Below are positions 47,412-58,651 of a DNA stretch of 64,000 nt, piece by piece. A program made the translations under genes and the position numbers. The stretch lies in the NCBI GenBank assembly GCA_026396515.1, contig JAPLWQ010000003.1:227569-291568 (forward strand), written 5' to 3'. Under the pieces are notes generated by a model. It did not search any database. It had not been told where the DNA came from and saw nothing but the letters and a program-made list of their open reading frames with translations. Origin of the DNA: Candidatus Magasanikiibacteriota bacterium. Lineage in GTDB: Bacteria; Patescibacteriota; Patescibacteriia; Magasanikbacterales; GWA2-37-8. The stretch's first letter is position 1. Every line of letters starts with the position of its first letter.

Positions 47412-48905
47412 ATGTCAATTAGCACCATTGTTGAGGAACTGAAAAAAAATATTTCCGCTTTTGAAAAACAAGTTGAAACCGCGGAAATTGGTATGATTGT
47501 TGAAGTCGGCGATGGTATTGCCCGCATGTCCGGGCTAACCAAGTGCCAATCAAATGAAATGCTTGAATTCCCGGGTAATACTTTCGGAGTCGCACTTAAC
47601 CTTGAAGATGAAACCATCGGCGCGGTGCTTCTTGGTGAATATAAACATCTGAAAGAAGGGGACATAGTGAAGAGAACGGGACGCATTTTGTCCGTACCAG
47701 TCGGCAAGGAACTGATCGGCCGCGTAGTCAATCCGCTCGGTCAGGCGATCGACGGCGGAGCGGAAATAATCAGCAAGACTTTTTATCCGATTGAAAAAAT
47801 CGCTCCAGGCGTGATGTCCCGCGAAGCGGTATCGCAGCCGGTACAAACTGGCATCAAAGCGATTGACGCCATGATTCCGATCGGCCGCGGACAGCGCGAG
47901 TTGATTATCGGCGATCGCCAAACAGGTAAAACTGCCGTGGCAATTGATACCATTATCAACCAAAAAGGCCAAAACATGATTTGTGTTTATGTCGCTATCG
48001 GCCAGAAAGAATCCAAGATCGCTCGCATCGTTGCCAAATTGAAGGAATCAGGCGCAATGGATTACACCATTGTGGTAGTGGCAGGCGCTTCGGACCCGGC
48101 TTCAACCTTGTATATCGCCCCTTACGCCGGCGTGGCCATGGCCGAATATTTTATGGACCAGGGCAAAGACGTGCTCTGTATTTATGACGACTTATCCAAG
48201 CAGGCCTGGGCATACCGAGAAATTTCTCTGCTCTTGCGCCGTCCGCCCGGCCGCGAGGCCTATCCCGGCGATGTCTTCTATTTGCATTCCCGTCTGCTAG
48301 AACGCGCTTGCCGACGTAATAAAGAATCCGGCGGCGGTTCCATTACCGCTCTGCCGATTATCGAAACCCAATCCGGCGACGTTACCGCCTATATTCCGAC
48401 CAATGTTATTTCCATTACTGACGGCCAAATTTTTTTAGAGAGCGATTTATTCTATCGCGGCATTCGCCCAGCTTTGAATGTCGGCATTTCCGTTTCGCGC
48501 GTCGGTTCGGCCGCGCAAATAAAACCGATGAAGAAAGTTGCCGGCAAACTCAAACTGTCGATGGCACAATTTCGAGAATTGGAGTCTTTCGCTCAATTTG
48601 CCAGTGACTTGGACGCGGAAACGAAAAAACAAATCAGTTTGGGTCAGCGCTTAGTAGAAGTATTGAAACAGCCACAATATGAACCGATGCCAGCCGCCAA
48701 TCAGGTAGCTATTATTTTTGCGGTTTCCAACGGTTTTGCCGACAATATTGAAGTTAAGAAAATTAACGAATGGGAAATCAAATTTCATGAATTCATTAAT
48801 CGTTCTAAAAGCGTATTGTTGGAAAAAATCGGAGCCGGCAATTGGGATGAAGCGATTGAAAAGGATTTAAAAAGCGCTTGCGAAGAATTTGCTAAAAAGC
48901 AGTAG
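47412..48905 (+). CDS. atpA: F0F1 ATP synthase subunit alpha
   Basis: Walker A GDRQTGKT; strongly conserved alpha signature. Confidence 0.95.
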   Translation: MSISTIVEELKKNISAFEKQVETAEIGMIVEVGDGIARMSGLTKCQSNEMLEFPGNTFGVALNLEDETIGAVLLGEYKHLKEGDIVKRTGRILSVPVGKELIGRVVNPLGQAIDGGAEIISKTFYPIEKIAPGVMSREAVSQPVQTGIKAIDAMIPIGRGQRELIIGDRQTGKTAVAIDTIINQKGQNMICVYVAIGQKESKIARIVAKLKESGAMDYTIVVVAGASDPASTLYIAPYAGVAMAEYFMDQGKDVLCIYDDLSKQAWAYREISLLLRRPPGREAYPGDVFYLHSRLLERACRRNKESGGGSITALPIIETQSGDVTAYIPTNVISITDGQIFLESDLFYRGIRPALNVGISVSRVGSAAQIKPMKKVAGKLKLSMAQFRELESFAQFASDLDAETKKQISLGQRLVEVLKQPQYEPMPAANQVAIIFAVSNGFADNIEVKKINEWEIKFHEFINRSKSVLLEKIGAGNWDEAIEKDLKSACEEFAKKQ

Positions 48906-48989
48906 GCCCCTTTCGGAGGCGTATAATCGTCATTCGCTCGTAATAAGATAAATCGTTTTCTTATTCACTTGCTCCACTAGATTATAATT

Positions 48990-51274
<2,285 letters not shown>

Positions 51275-51277
51275 GCT

Positions 51278-51709
51278 ATGTCTATTAAATTTCAAATCAT
51301 TACTCCCGAACGCGTGGTTTTCTCTGATGAGATTGACCAGGTTACCATGAACACACAGGATGGGGAGATAACCGTTTTGCCAAACCACATTCCGCTGGTC
51401 ACTATTCTTAAATCCGGAGAATTGGTTTGTAAAAAAAGTGGACAGGAGTATCAAATGGCTGTGACCGGCGGTTTTGCGGAAATTCGTCCGGATAACTCAA
51501 TTATCATTCTTGCCGATACAGCGGAAAGGGCGGAAGAAATTGATATCGCCGCCGCTGAAGCAGCAAGGGATCGCGCCATAAAAACAATGCAGGAAGAACG
51601 AAAGCTGGATAGCGCCGAATATGCCACGCTGCAGGCCACATTGGATAAAGAGTTGCTAAGGCTCAAGGTGGGAAATAAATACAGAAAAATCCGTCCTGAA
51701 ATAAAGTAA
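51278..51709 (+). CDS. atpC: F0F1 ATP synthase subunit epsilon
   Basis: Beta-sandwich plus helical hairpin; last gene of the operon. Confidence 0.8.
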   Translation: MSIKFQIITPERVVFSDEIDQVTMNTQDGEITVLPNHIPLVTILKSGELVCKKSGQEYQMAVTGGFAEIRPDNSIIILADTAERAEEIDIAAAEAARDRAIKTMQEERKLDSAEYATLQATLDKELLRLKVGNKYRKIRPEIK

Positions 51710-51716
51710 GAAAATG

Positions 51717-51747
51717 CCCGGGTATTGTCCCGGGTTTTTCTTTTTGC
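51717..51747 (+). terminator. Intrinsic terminator after the atp operon
   Basis: cccggg-tattgt-cccggg followed by tttttctttttg. Confidence 0.6.
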
Positions 51748-51790
51748 TATACTGTCTACACAGCCCAATCTATGGGCTATATTCATAAAT

Positions 51791-51928
51791 ATGGAAGAGG
51801 AATCAAAAAAGTGCGACTGTGGATCGGAGTGCGGTTGCGGTCCGGAATGCAGTTGCGGAGGCGAGGGATGCAGTTGTGATGAAACCTGCGACTGCGGCTG
51901 TAAGGACAAAAACGAGGAAATTGCTTAG
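51791..51928 (+). CDS. Cys-rich metallothionein-like small protein (45 aa, 13 Cys)
   Basis: MEEESKKCDCGSECGCGPECSCGGEGCSCDETCDCGCKDKNEEIA; CxC/CGC repeats; start after TATACT/TATATT -10-like boxes. Confidence 0.4.
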   Translation: MEEESKKCDCGSECGCGPECSCGGEGCSCDETCDCGCKDKNEEIA

Positions 51929-51964
51929 CATTTTTTATTTTGACTAAGTGGAAAATCCATTTTT

Positions 51965-52585
51965 ATGGATATTTTTGATATTTACAAAGAATTATATGAA
52001 ATTTACGGACCACAGAAATGGTGGCCCGTTAAATATAATAAAAATAATCCGGGATTTGAAATTTCTATTGGCGCCATTCTGGCGCAAAATACCTCCTGGA
52101 AAAACGTGGAAAAATCATTAGAGTGTTTAAACAAAAACAATCTTTTGAACCCGAGGTCAATTATAAAATGCCCGACAAAAAAGCTGCAAAAATGTTTGCG
52201 CTCCGCAGGCTATTACAGGCAAAAAACAAAAAAATTAAAAATTTTCAGCAATTGGCTTGATATGAACTTTGGAGGAGACCTAAAAAAGTTTTTTATAAAA
52301 CGTTTAATCATAGCCCGCAAAGAGTTGCTCTCCATTTGGGGAATAGGACCGGAAACAGCAGACTCAATTCTGCTCTACGCAGGCAATAAACCTATATTTG
52401 TCATTGATTCCTATACTAAGCGCCTATGCCGGCAAATGCATCATGAGCTTGCGACTTACGATGCATACCAAGGATATTTTGAATCTAACCTGCCTAAGTC
52501 TATAAGAATATATCAAGAATACCACGCGCTTATCGTTGCCAGTGGAAAAGACAAGCACAAAAAAATATGTCGGAAAATAAATTAA
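51965..52585 (+). CDS. HhH-GPD superfamily DNA glycosylase (endonuclease III-like)
   Basis: Helix-hairpin-helix/GPD motif LLSIWGIGPETADSILLYA...VIDSYTKRL; no C-terminal Fe-S Cys cluster. Confidence 0.6.
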   Translation: MDIFDIYKELYEIYGPQKWWPVKYNKNNPGFEISIGAILAQNTSWKNVEKSLECLNKNNLLNPRSIIKCPTKKLQKCLRSAGYYRQKTKKLKIFSNWLDMNFGGDLKKFFIKRLIIARKELLSIWGIGPETADSILLYAGNKPIFVIDSYTKRLCRQMHHELATYDAYQGYFESNLPKSIRIYQEYHALIVASGKDKHKKICRKIN

Positions 52586-55512
52586 ATGAAGCACAAGAAA
52601 AGGCCGTTAAATATATCGACGGTCCTCTTATTATCGTAGCCGGTGCCGGCACAGGCAAAACGACTGTTATAACAAAAAAAATTAAATATTTGATTGACCA
52701 AAAACTGGCCAAGCCCGACGAGATATTGGCTCTTACCTTTAATGAAAAAGCGGCTGCCGAAATGCAGGATCGCGTTGATGAAATGATGGAGTTTGGTTAT
52801 CTGGACATGCACATCTCCACATTTCATGCTTTTTGCCAGCGCCTACTTGAACAGTACGGGCTGGATATCGGACTGCCCAATCGTTTTAGGGTCTTAACCC
52901 AAACTGACGCCTGGCTGCTAATTCGCAAGCATCTGGATAAATTTAATCTTGATTATTATCGGCCGATCGCGAGCCCTACCAAGCATATCCACGAGTTTGT
53001 GAAACACTTTTCCAAATGCAAGGACGAATTGATAAGCCCTGAAAAATATTTGGAATATTCTGAAGGTGTAAGACTGGATAAAGACGCAGCCGAAATTGAA
53101 GAAAAATCCCGTTTGGCCGAGATTAGCAACGCCTACCATGTTTATAACAGACTACTCTTGGAAAACAACGCCCTGGATTTTGGAGACCTTATTTACTACA
53201 CCAATGTATTGTTGGAAAAACGACCGTCAATCCTCAAGCGCTTGCGGGAAAAATTTAAATATATTCTCGTTGACGAATTTCAGGATGTGAACTGGGCGCA
53301 ATACCAATTAGTTAAGAAAATCGCTGATAGCGGCGCACAACTAACTGTGGTAGGGGATGACGATCAAAGTATTTATGCTTTTCGCGGTGCATCAGTATCT
53401 AATATAATGCGCTTTAAAGACGATTTTCCAAAAGCAACGGAAATAGTTTTGACAATAAATTACCGTTCAAACCAGGCAATTTTGGACAAAGCGTATGAGT
53501 TAATCCTAAACAATAATCCTAACCGCCTGGAAGTGAAATTAAAAATTGATAAAAAATTGACTTCAAAAAAAACAGAGACCAAAAACAAAAAACAGGGTAA
53601 TGTTATTCACACACATCACAGTTCAATTGACGACGAAGTTAAATTTGTGACGGAAGAGGTACTTAGATTGAAAAGCGAGGATAAGGAGGCCGTTTGGGAT
53701 GATTTTGCCGTTCTGGTTCGCGCCAATAGCCATGCCGACCCATTTATCAGCGCGTTCGAAAAACAGGGGGTGCCTTATGAATTTATGGCGGCCGCAGGTT
53801 TATTCAGACAACCGGTCGTACTGGATTGCCTTAACTTTATAAAAGTAATTGACAGCTACCACGAATCAGCCGGAATCTATCGCCTTCTGCTCATGCCAAT
53901 CTTTGAGTTCAAAGGAGACGATATGCAGAGATTGACATACTATGCCGGTAAAAAAAGTATTTCATACTATGAAGCCCTTAAACGGCAGGCGGAAATCGGA
54001 TTTTCTAAAGAGGGGACAGTTATAGCTGAAAAAATTATCAGTTTAATTTATGAGGGAATAAAAAATGCCCGTTCCGAAAAACCATCGGTTGTACTATATA
54101 AATTTTTTGAAGCAAGCGGATACTTAAAATTTCTAGCAACCGGCGAACACAAGGGAGATGGCGTTATCATTCGACAAATTCATCAACTGACACAATTTTT
54201 TGAATATATTACCAATTACGAGTCAGTGACTCCCGGACCGACGGTTTCCGATTTTCTGGATCACTTTGCGCAGGTAATTGAATCCGGCGACCTCGGCATT
54301 ATTAAACAGCCTAAAGACACACCTGATTCGGTTAACATCCTGACTGTCCATACTGCCAAAGGATTAGAATACAAATATGTTTTTATTGTAAATTTGGTGG
54401 AAGAAAGATTTCCGACAAGGCGTAGGGGCGGCGATATCGGAATTCCCGATTCGCTGATAAATGAACAGTTGCCGGAAGGTGACATTCATTTTGAGGAAGA
54501 ACGCCGCTTGTTTTACGTAGCTATGACCAGGGCTAAAGAAAGACTATACCTTACGAGCGCGGACGATTATGGCGGTGCCCGTGATAAAAAGTTGAGTCGA
54601 TTTCTAAGCGAAATCGGTTTTATTTCTGCTAAATCAGGCGCAAGCGAATCGTCCAAACTGGGAAAGATTGCGCCGGTTCAGACAAAAAAAGTACCGGTCG
54701 GCTTTGCATATGAGTTGCCAAAAACATTTTCATTTTCTCAAATTCAAAAATATAAAAAGTGTCCGTACCAGTACAAACTGGCTCATATTCTTGGCCTGCC
54801 AACAGAAGGCAGTCCGAGTTTCAGTTTTGGATCCACGATGCACAACACACTTGAGCTCTTTTATACGCGCCTAAAAGAGCTGAATGGTACGACGCAGAAT
54901 TCACTTTTTTCTGAACCGAATGTCACGGTAAATAGCAAACTAGTCAAAGCGCCGCTTCTTGATGAACTACTAAAAATCTACGATGACTGTTGGATTCCGG
55001 ACTGGTATAAGAGCCAAAAGCAGCGAGAAGAATTTTATGAAAAGGGTATCGAAATTTTAAAAGATTTCTATATAAGCCACAAAAACAATTGGACATTGCC
55101 GGTGTCTATGGAAACCGGATTCACTATCAAAATCGGGTCATATTTGCTTCGCGGAAGGATAGATCGCGTTGACCAACTGCCCGACGGAAAACTGGAGATT
55201 ATCGATTATAAAACAGGACAAACGAAAGATAAAATTGTCGGTGATGATAAAGAACAACTTTTGATCTACCAAATTGCCCTAAAGCAACTGCCTGAATTTC
55301 GCAGCATCGGAGAACCCGGCATGCTGACTTACTATTATTTAAACAGTAATGAAAAAATTTCTTTTTTAGGTTCGGAAAAAGATATCGCTAAACTGGAAGA
55401 TGATATTGTCAGTATTATCGACAGTATCAAGTCGCTTGATTTTGAACCGAAGCCGGAAAAATTCGCGTGCGGACACTGTGAATTTCGCGATATCTGCGAT
55501 TATCGGGCCTAA
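52567..55512 (+). CDS. UvrD/PcrA-family helicase fused to a C-terminal PD-(D/E)xK (Cas4/AddB-like) nuclease domain with Fe-S Cys cluster
   Basis: Walker A AGAGTGKT; helicase motifs (DEFQD, YRS, VHTAKGLEY); nuclease IDRVD...EIIDYKTG; Cys at KCPYQY and CGHCEFRDICDY. Confidence 0.75.
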   Translation: MSENKLNEAQEKAVKYIDGPLIIVAGAGTGKTTVITKKIKYLIDQKLAKPDEILALTFNEKAAAEMQDRVDEMMEFGYLDMHISTFHAFCQRLLEQYGLDIGLPNRFRVLTQTDAWLLIRKHLDKFNLDYYRPIASPTKHIHEFVKHFSKCKDELISPEKYLEYSEGVRLDKDAAEIEEKSRLAEISNAYHVYNRLLLENNALDFGDLIYYTNVLLEKRPSILKRLREKFKYILVDEFQDVNWAQYQLVKKIADSGAQLTVVGDDDQSIYAFRGASVSNIMRFKDDFPKATEIVLTINYRSNQAILDKAYELILNNNPNRLEVKLKIDKKLTSKKTETKNKKQGNVIHTHHSSIDDEVKFVTEEVLRLKSEDKEAVWDDFAVLVRANSHADPFISAFEKQGVPYEFMAAAGLFRQPVVLDCLNFIKVIDSYHESAGIYRLLLMPIFEFKGDDMQRLTYYAGKKSISYYEALKRQAEIGFSKEGTVIAEKIISLIYEGIKNARSEKPSVVLYKFFEASGYLKFLATGEHKGDGVIIRQIHQLTQFFEYITNYESVTPGPTVSDFLDHFAQVIESGDLGIIKQPKDTPDSVNILTVHTAKGLEYKYVFIVNLVEERFPTRRRGGDIGIPDSLINEQLPEGDIHFEEERRLFYVAMTRAKERLYLTSADDYGGARDKKLSRFLSEIGFISAKSGASESSKLGKIAPVQTKKVPVGFAYELPKTFSFSQIQKYKKCPYQYKLAHILGLPTEGSPSFSFGSTMHNTLELFYTRLKELNGTTQNSLFSEPNVTVNSKLVKAPLLDELLKIYDDCWIPDWYKSQKQREEFYEKGIEILKDFYISHKNNWTLPVSMETGFTIKIGSYLLRGRIDRVDQLPDGKLEIIDYKTGQTKDKIVGDDKEQLLIYQIALKQLPEFRSIGEPGMLTYYYLNSNEKISFLGSEKDIAKLEDDIVSIIDSIKSLDFEPKPEKFACGHCEFRDICDYRA

Positions 55513-55522
55513 CTAATAGTAT

Positions 55523-55813
55523 ATGAAGTCATTATTTTCCATAATAAGTGATAAAAATGTTGGTTCTCCAATAATGCGGGGAGCTTTGGCTGCCTTAACT
55601 GTAGAATCGGCTAATGAGATACTGGCGAACCTGTTTGGCAAAGAGTCGGCTGAATTTGTCAATGCTATCTATGTAAAGGACGGTGTCCTTGGAGTCCGGG
55701 TCAATTCATCTTCGGCGGCTTCGGAAGTCAAGCTCAATGAATCATTAATACTGTCGGAAATTAGCTCAAAATACGGCGAAAAGGCCGTCAATAAAATACG
55801 TATTATTTTATAG
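55523..55813 (+). CDS. DUF721/DciA-like small protein
   Basis: Pattern V.A.YVKDGVLGVRVNSSSAASEVKL....ILSEI....GEK.V.KIRI is typical of DUF721. Confidence 0.35.
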   Translation: MKSLFSIISDKNVGSPIMRGALAALTVESANEILANLFGKESAEFVNAIYVKDGVLGVRVNSSSAASEVKLNESLILSEISSKYGEKAVNKIRIIL

Positions 55814-55863
55814 AATCCGGGTATTGCAATTTTGCCAAATATTTGCTAAATTAAAGGAAATCT

Positions 55864-56265
55864 ATGACTTTAAGACAATACCTAATAATAATGAGTTTAG
55901 CCACTCTTGTCTGCTGGTCAGTCTGGTTTTTAGTGGTGTTTATCTACAACCCAAATTCAGCAGGGCTAGTCGGCTTTCTCCTTTTTTATACCAGCTTATT
56001 TTTGTCCGTTCTCGGCACTTTCTCCATCATCGGTTTTTTTATCAGAGCAAAAATAATTAAAAATGACGATATTGTATTTCGCCATATCAAGAGAACATTC
56101 AGACAGGGGTTCTTTTTTGGAATCTTTGTTGTATTGAACCTACTGTTGGCGCAATTTCGGCTGCTGACATGGTGGAACTTTATTCTGCTTTTGACATGCT
56201 ACATATTTCTGGAGGGTTTAATTTTTACGAACAGAAAATATCAGAATAGGAATTATGTTAAATAA
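55864..56265 (+). CDS. Hypothetical 4-TM membrane protein
   Basis: Hydrophobic helices; no motif. Confidence 0.35.
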   Translation: MTLRQYLIIMSLATLVCWSVWFLVVFIYNPNSAGLVGFLLFYTSLFLSVLGTFSIIGFFIRAKIIKNDDIVFRHIKRTFRQGFFFGIFVVLNLLLAQFRLLTWWNFILLLTCYIFLEGLIFTNRKYQNRNYVK

Positions 56266-57304
56266 TATTTTCAACCGATTCAGAAAAGATCTTGGTATAG
56301 ACCTGGGAACGGCCAATACGCTTATTTATGTTAAGGGAAAAGGAATTATTATCAACGAACCGAGTGTTGTTTCGGTTAATACAAGGACCGAGCAAATATT
56401 GGCGGTGGGAAATGAGGCAAAACAAATGCTTGGCAAAACCCCGCCTCACATATTTACCACCCGCCCTTTGACCGGAGGGATAATTTCCGATTTTGAAGTT
56501 ACTGAAAAAATGCTTACTCATTTTATTGAAAAAGTGCATGAGGGATCATTTAATTTCATGACCAGGCCAAGAGTGGTAGTTGGAGCACCGCTTGACCTGA
56601 CCGAAGTTGAAAGAAAAGCCGTGAGTGACGCCGTTCTTAATGCCGGTGCGAGCGAAGTTTGGATTGTTGAAGAACCTATGGCGGGCGCGATAGGATCCAG
56701 AATGCCTGTACAAGATCCAGTGGGAAACTTCATCGTAGATATCGGAGGCGGCACCACGGAGATAGCCGTTATATCATTAAGTGGTATTGTAAAATGGAAA
56801 TCAATTAAGATTGCCGGCGATGAATTTGATTACAACATCTCACAGTATGCCCGGGAAATGTTTAACTTATTGGTTGGAGAAAGGCAAGCTGAAGAAATAA
56901 AAATTAAAATCGGTTCCGCCGTTGAAATGCCGGAAAAAATGGTTTATCCAATGCGCGGTCGCGATATGGTAACCGGCCTACCGAAAGAAATAATGATAAA
57001 CGACGCCGAAGTTCGCGAAGCGCTTTCACGCTCTTTGCGCGCCATAGTGGATAATATCAAGGCGACTTTAGAGGTTACTCCACCAGAACTTGTAGCTGAT
57101 ATTCATGAACGCGGCCTGCTGTTAACCGGCGGGGGAGCACTTCTACGCGGTATAGACCAGCTAATCATGCGCGCCACGCAAATTCCGGTGCGAATCGCCG
57201 ATGATCCGCTGACAGCCGTCGTTAGAGGCACTTCAATATTGTTGGAGGACGAAACACTGCTGAAAGAAGTTGCTGTTTACCCCTTAAGAAGCGATCGGAA
57301 ATAG
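56255..57304 (+). CDS. mreB: Rod-shape-determining actin homologue MreB
   Basis: DLGTANTLIYVKG phosphate-1 motif; actin-fold motifs throughout. Confidence 0.9.
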   Translation: MLNNIFNRFRKDLGIDLGTANTLIYVKGKGIIINEPSVVSVNTRTEQILAVGNEAKQMLGKTPPHIFTTRPLTGGIISDFEVTEKMLTHFIEKVHEGSFNFMTRPRVVVGAPLDLTEVERKAVSDAVLNAGASEVWIVEEPMAGAIGSRMPVQDPVGNFIVDIGGGTTEIAVISLSGIVKWKSIKIAGDEFDYNISQYAREMFNLLVGERQAEEIKIKIGSAVEMPEKMVYPMRGRDMVTGLPKEIMINDAEVREALSRSLRAIVDNIKATLEVTPPELVADIHERGLLLTGGGALLRGIDQLIMRATQIPVRIADDPLTAVVRGTSILLEDETLLKEVAVYPLRSDRK

Positions 57305-57312
57305 CATTTATT

Positions 57313-58116
57313 ATGCTGAATATCCGCGGAAAAAAGACCTACTTGTTCTTAGGAGCAATATTGATATTGCTTATTTTTTTAAATTACGTCGGTGCACTTA
57401 ATTTTCTAAAAAACAAATTGCGCCTTTTATTCCTGCCTCTATTTACGCAAACAAACAACTTGAGCGTTAACGTCGGCAATAACTATGAATTCTTTAAAGA
57501 CAAAGCGTCTTTTTTTAATGCCTATCATGATTGTCGTTTACAGGTGGAAGACAAATCGATTGGAGAATCAAAAATTAAATTGCTGGAACAAGAAAACGCG
57601 CTGTTGAGGGAAGCGCTAAAATTCAACGAAAGCACCACGGCAAGCTCGGTAATTGCGCGAGTTATCGGAAAAAACATCGAGCAAACCGACCAAACAATAT
57701 TGATTGACCGCGGAACGGAAGATGGAATAAAAATTGACCAGCCGGTTATTGTCGGGAATGGAATACTAATTGGAAAAATTATTAAATCGGAAACCGGGTT
57801 ATCTGTTGTGCGTTTGTTAAATGATAACGCTTCAAAAATAGGCGCAACCATTCTTAGCTCAGATAGAAGCCTTGGTATAGTAGAGGGCGGCTATGGATTA
57901 AGCGTTAAAATGAATTTTATTCCGCGCAATGAAACAGTCAAAGTCGGCGACATTATAGTTACCTCCGGATTGGAACAAGCCGTTCCCAGGGGCCTGCTGA
58001 TCGGAACAGTAACGGCAATTGAAAATGAAACCTACCGCCCATTTCAGGCGGCCTTGCTAATACCGGGTACTGACCTCTCAAAACTGTCGATTATTTCCGT
58101 TCTGATTACGAAATAA
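57313..58116 (+). CDS. mreC: Rod-shape protein MreC
   Basis: TM plus coiled coil plus beta-domain (VIVGNGILIGKIIK...VRLL); gene order mreB-C-D. Confidence 0.7.
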   Translation: MLNIRGKKTYLFLGAILILLIFLNYVGALNFLKNKLRLLFLPLFTQTNNLSVNVGNNYEFFKDKASFFNAYHDCRLQVEDKSIGESKIKLLEQENALLREALKFNESTTASSVIARVIGKNIEQTDQTILIDRGTEDGIKIDQPVIVGNGILIGKIIKSETGLSVVRLLNDNASKIGATILSSDRSLGIVEGGYGLSVKMNFIPRNETVKVGDIIVTSGLEQAVPRGLLIGTVTAIENETYRPFQAALLIPGTDLSKLSIISVLITK

Positions 58117-58117
58117 T

Positions 58118-58645
58118 ATGCGAAGATATATCCGATCAATTTTCTATATTGTATTGATTCTTTTTATTTTTACGCTGCACGTAGCGGCCGCGAATCTATT
58201 TCCTTTCCCCCTAAATCGGTTAAATATAATACTGATTTCCGCCATGTGGCTGTTAATTTTTAATAAACAAAATAAAATAGTTTTTGTTTTTTTACTTTCT
58301 CTTATTTCCGAATTATTTTTATCCACACCCTTTGGCTTAAACACGGCTGCACTTCTAATTTCTGCAGCAGCGCTCGAGTGGGTATTGCTTAACTTATTGA
58401 CAAACAGATTTTTTACCATGGTTTTTTTAGCCGGCCTTTTTGGCACATTTCTCTTTAAGGCGTCTTTTTTCAGCATTTTTTTACTGATGAAAATTTTTGG
58501 TCTGGCTGAAATATCAATGAATCAATCCGTCTTACTAAGTTCCTTGATAGAAATTGTCGTAAACGCCGGCGCTTTGACGCTAATCTATATAATTTCATTA
58601 TTATTCGTAAAGAGATTGAATCCAAAATATATTGTCGACAGATAG
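58118..58645 (+). CDS. mreD: MreD-like membrane protein
   Basis: Polytopic membrane protein of ~170 aa at the expected operon position. Confidence 0.45.
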   Translation: MRRYIRSIFYIVLILFIFTLHVAAANLFPFPLNRLNIILISAMWLLIFNKQNKIVFVFLLSLISELFLSTPFGLNTAALLISAAALEWVLLNLLTNRFFTMVFLAGLFGTFLFKASFFSIFLLMKIFGLAEISMNQSVLLSSLIEIVVNAGALTLIYIISLLFVKRLNPKYIVDR

Positions 58646-58651
58646 CCGCTT

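Noticed and set aside
48906-48989. Possible additional repeat copy between atpA and atpG (tcgtcattcgctcgtaat)
   Set aside because: Only an 8-9-nt resemblance to the gtcattgcgag motif and no palindromic partner; likely chance.
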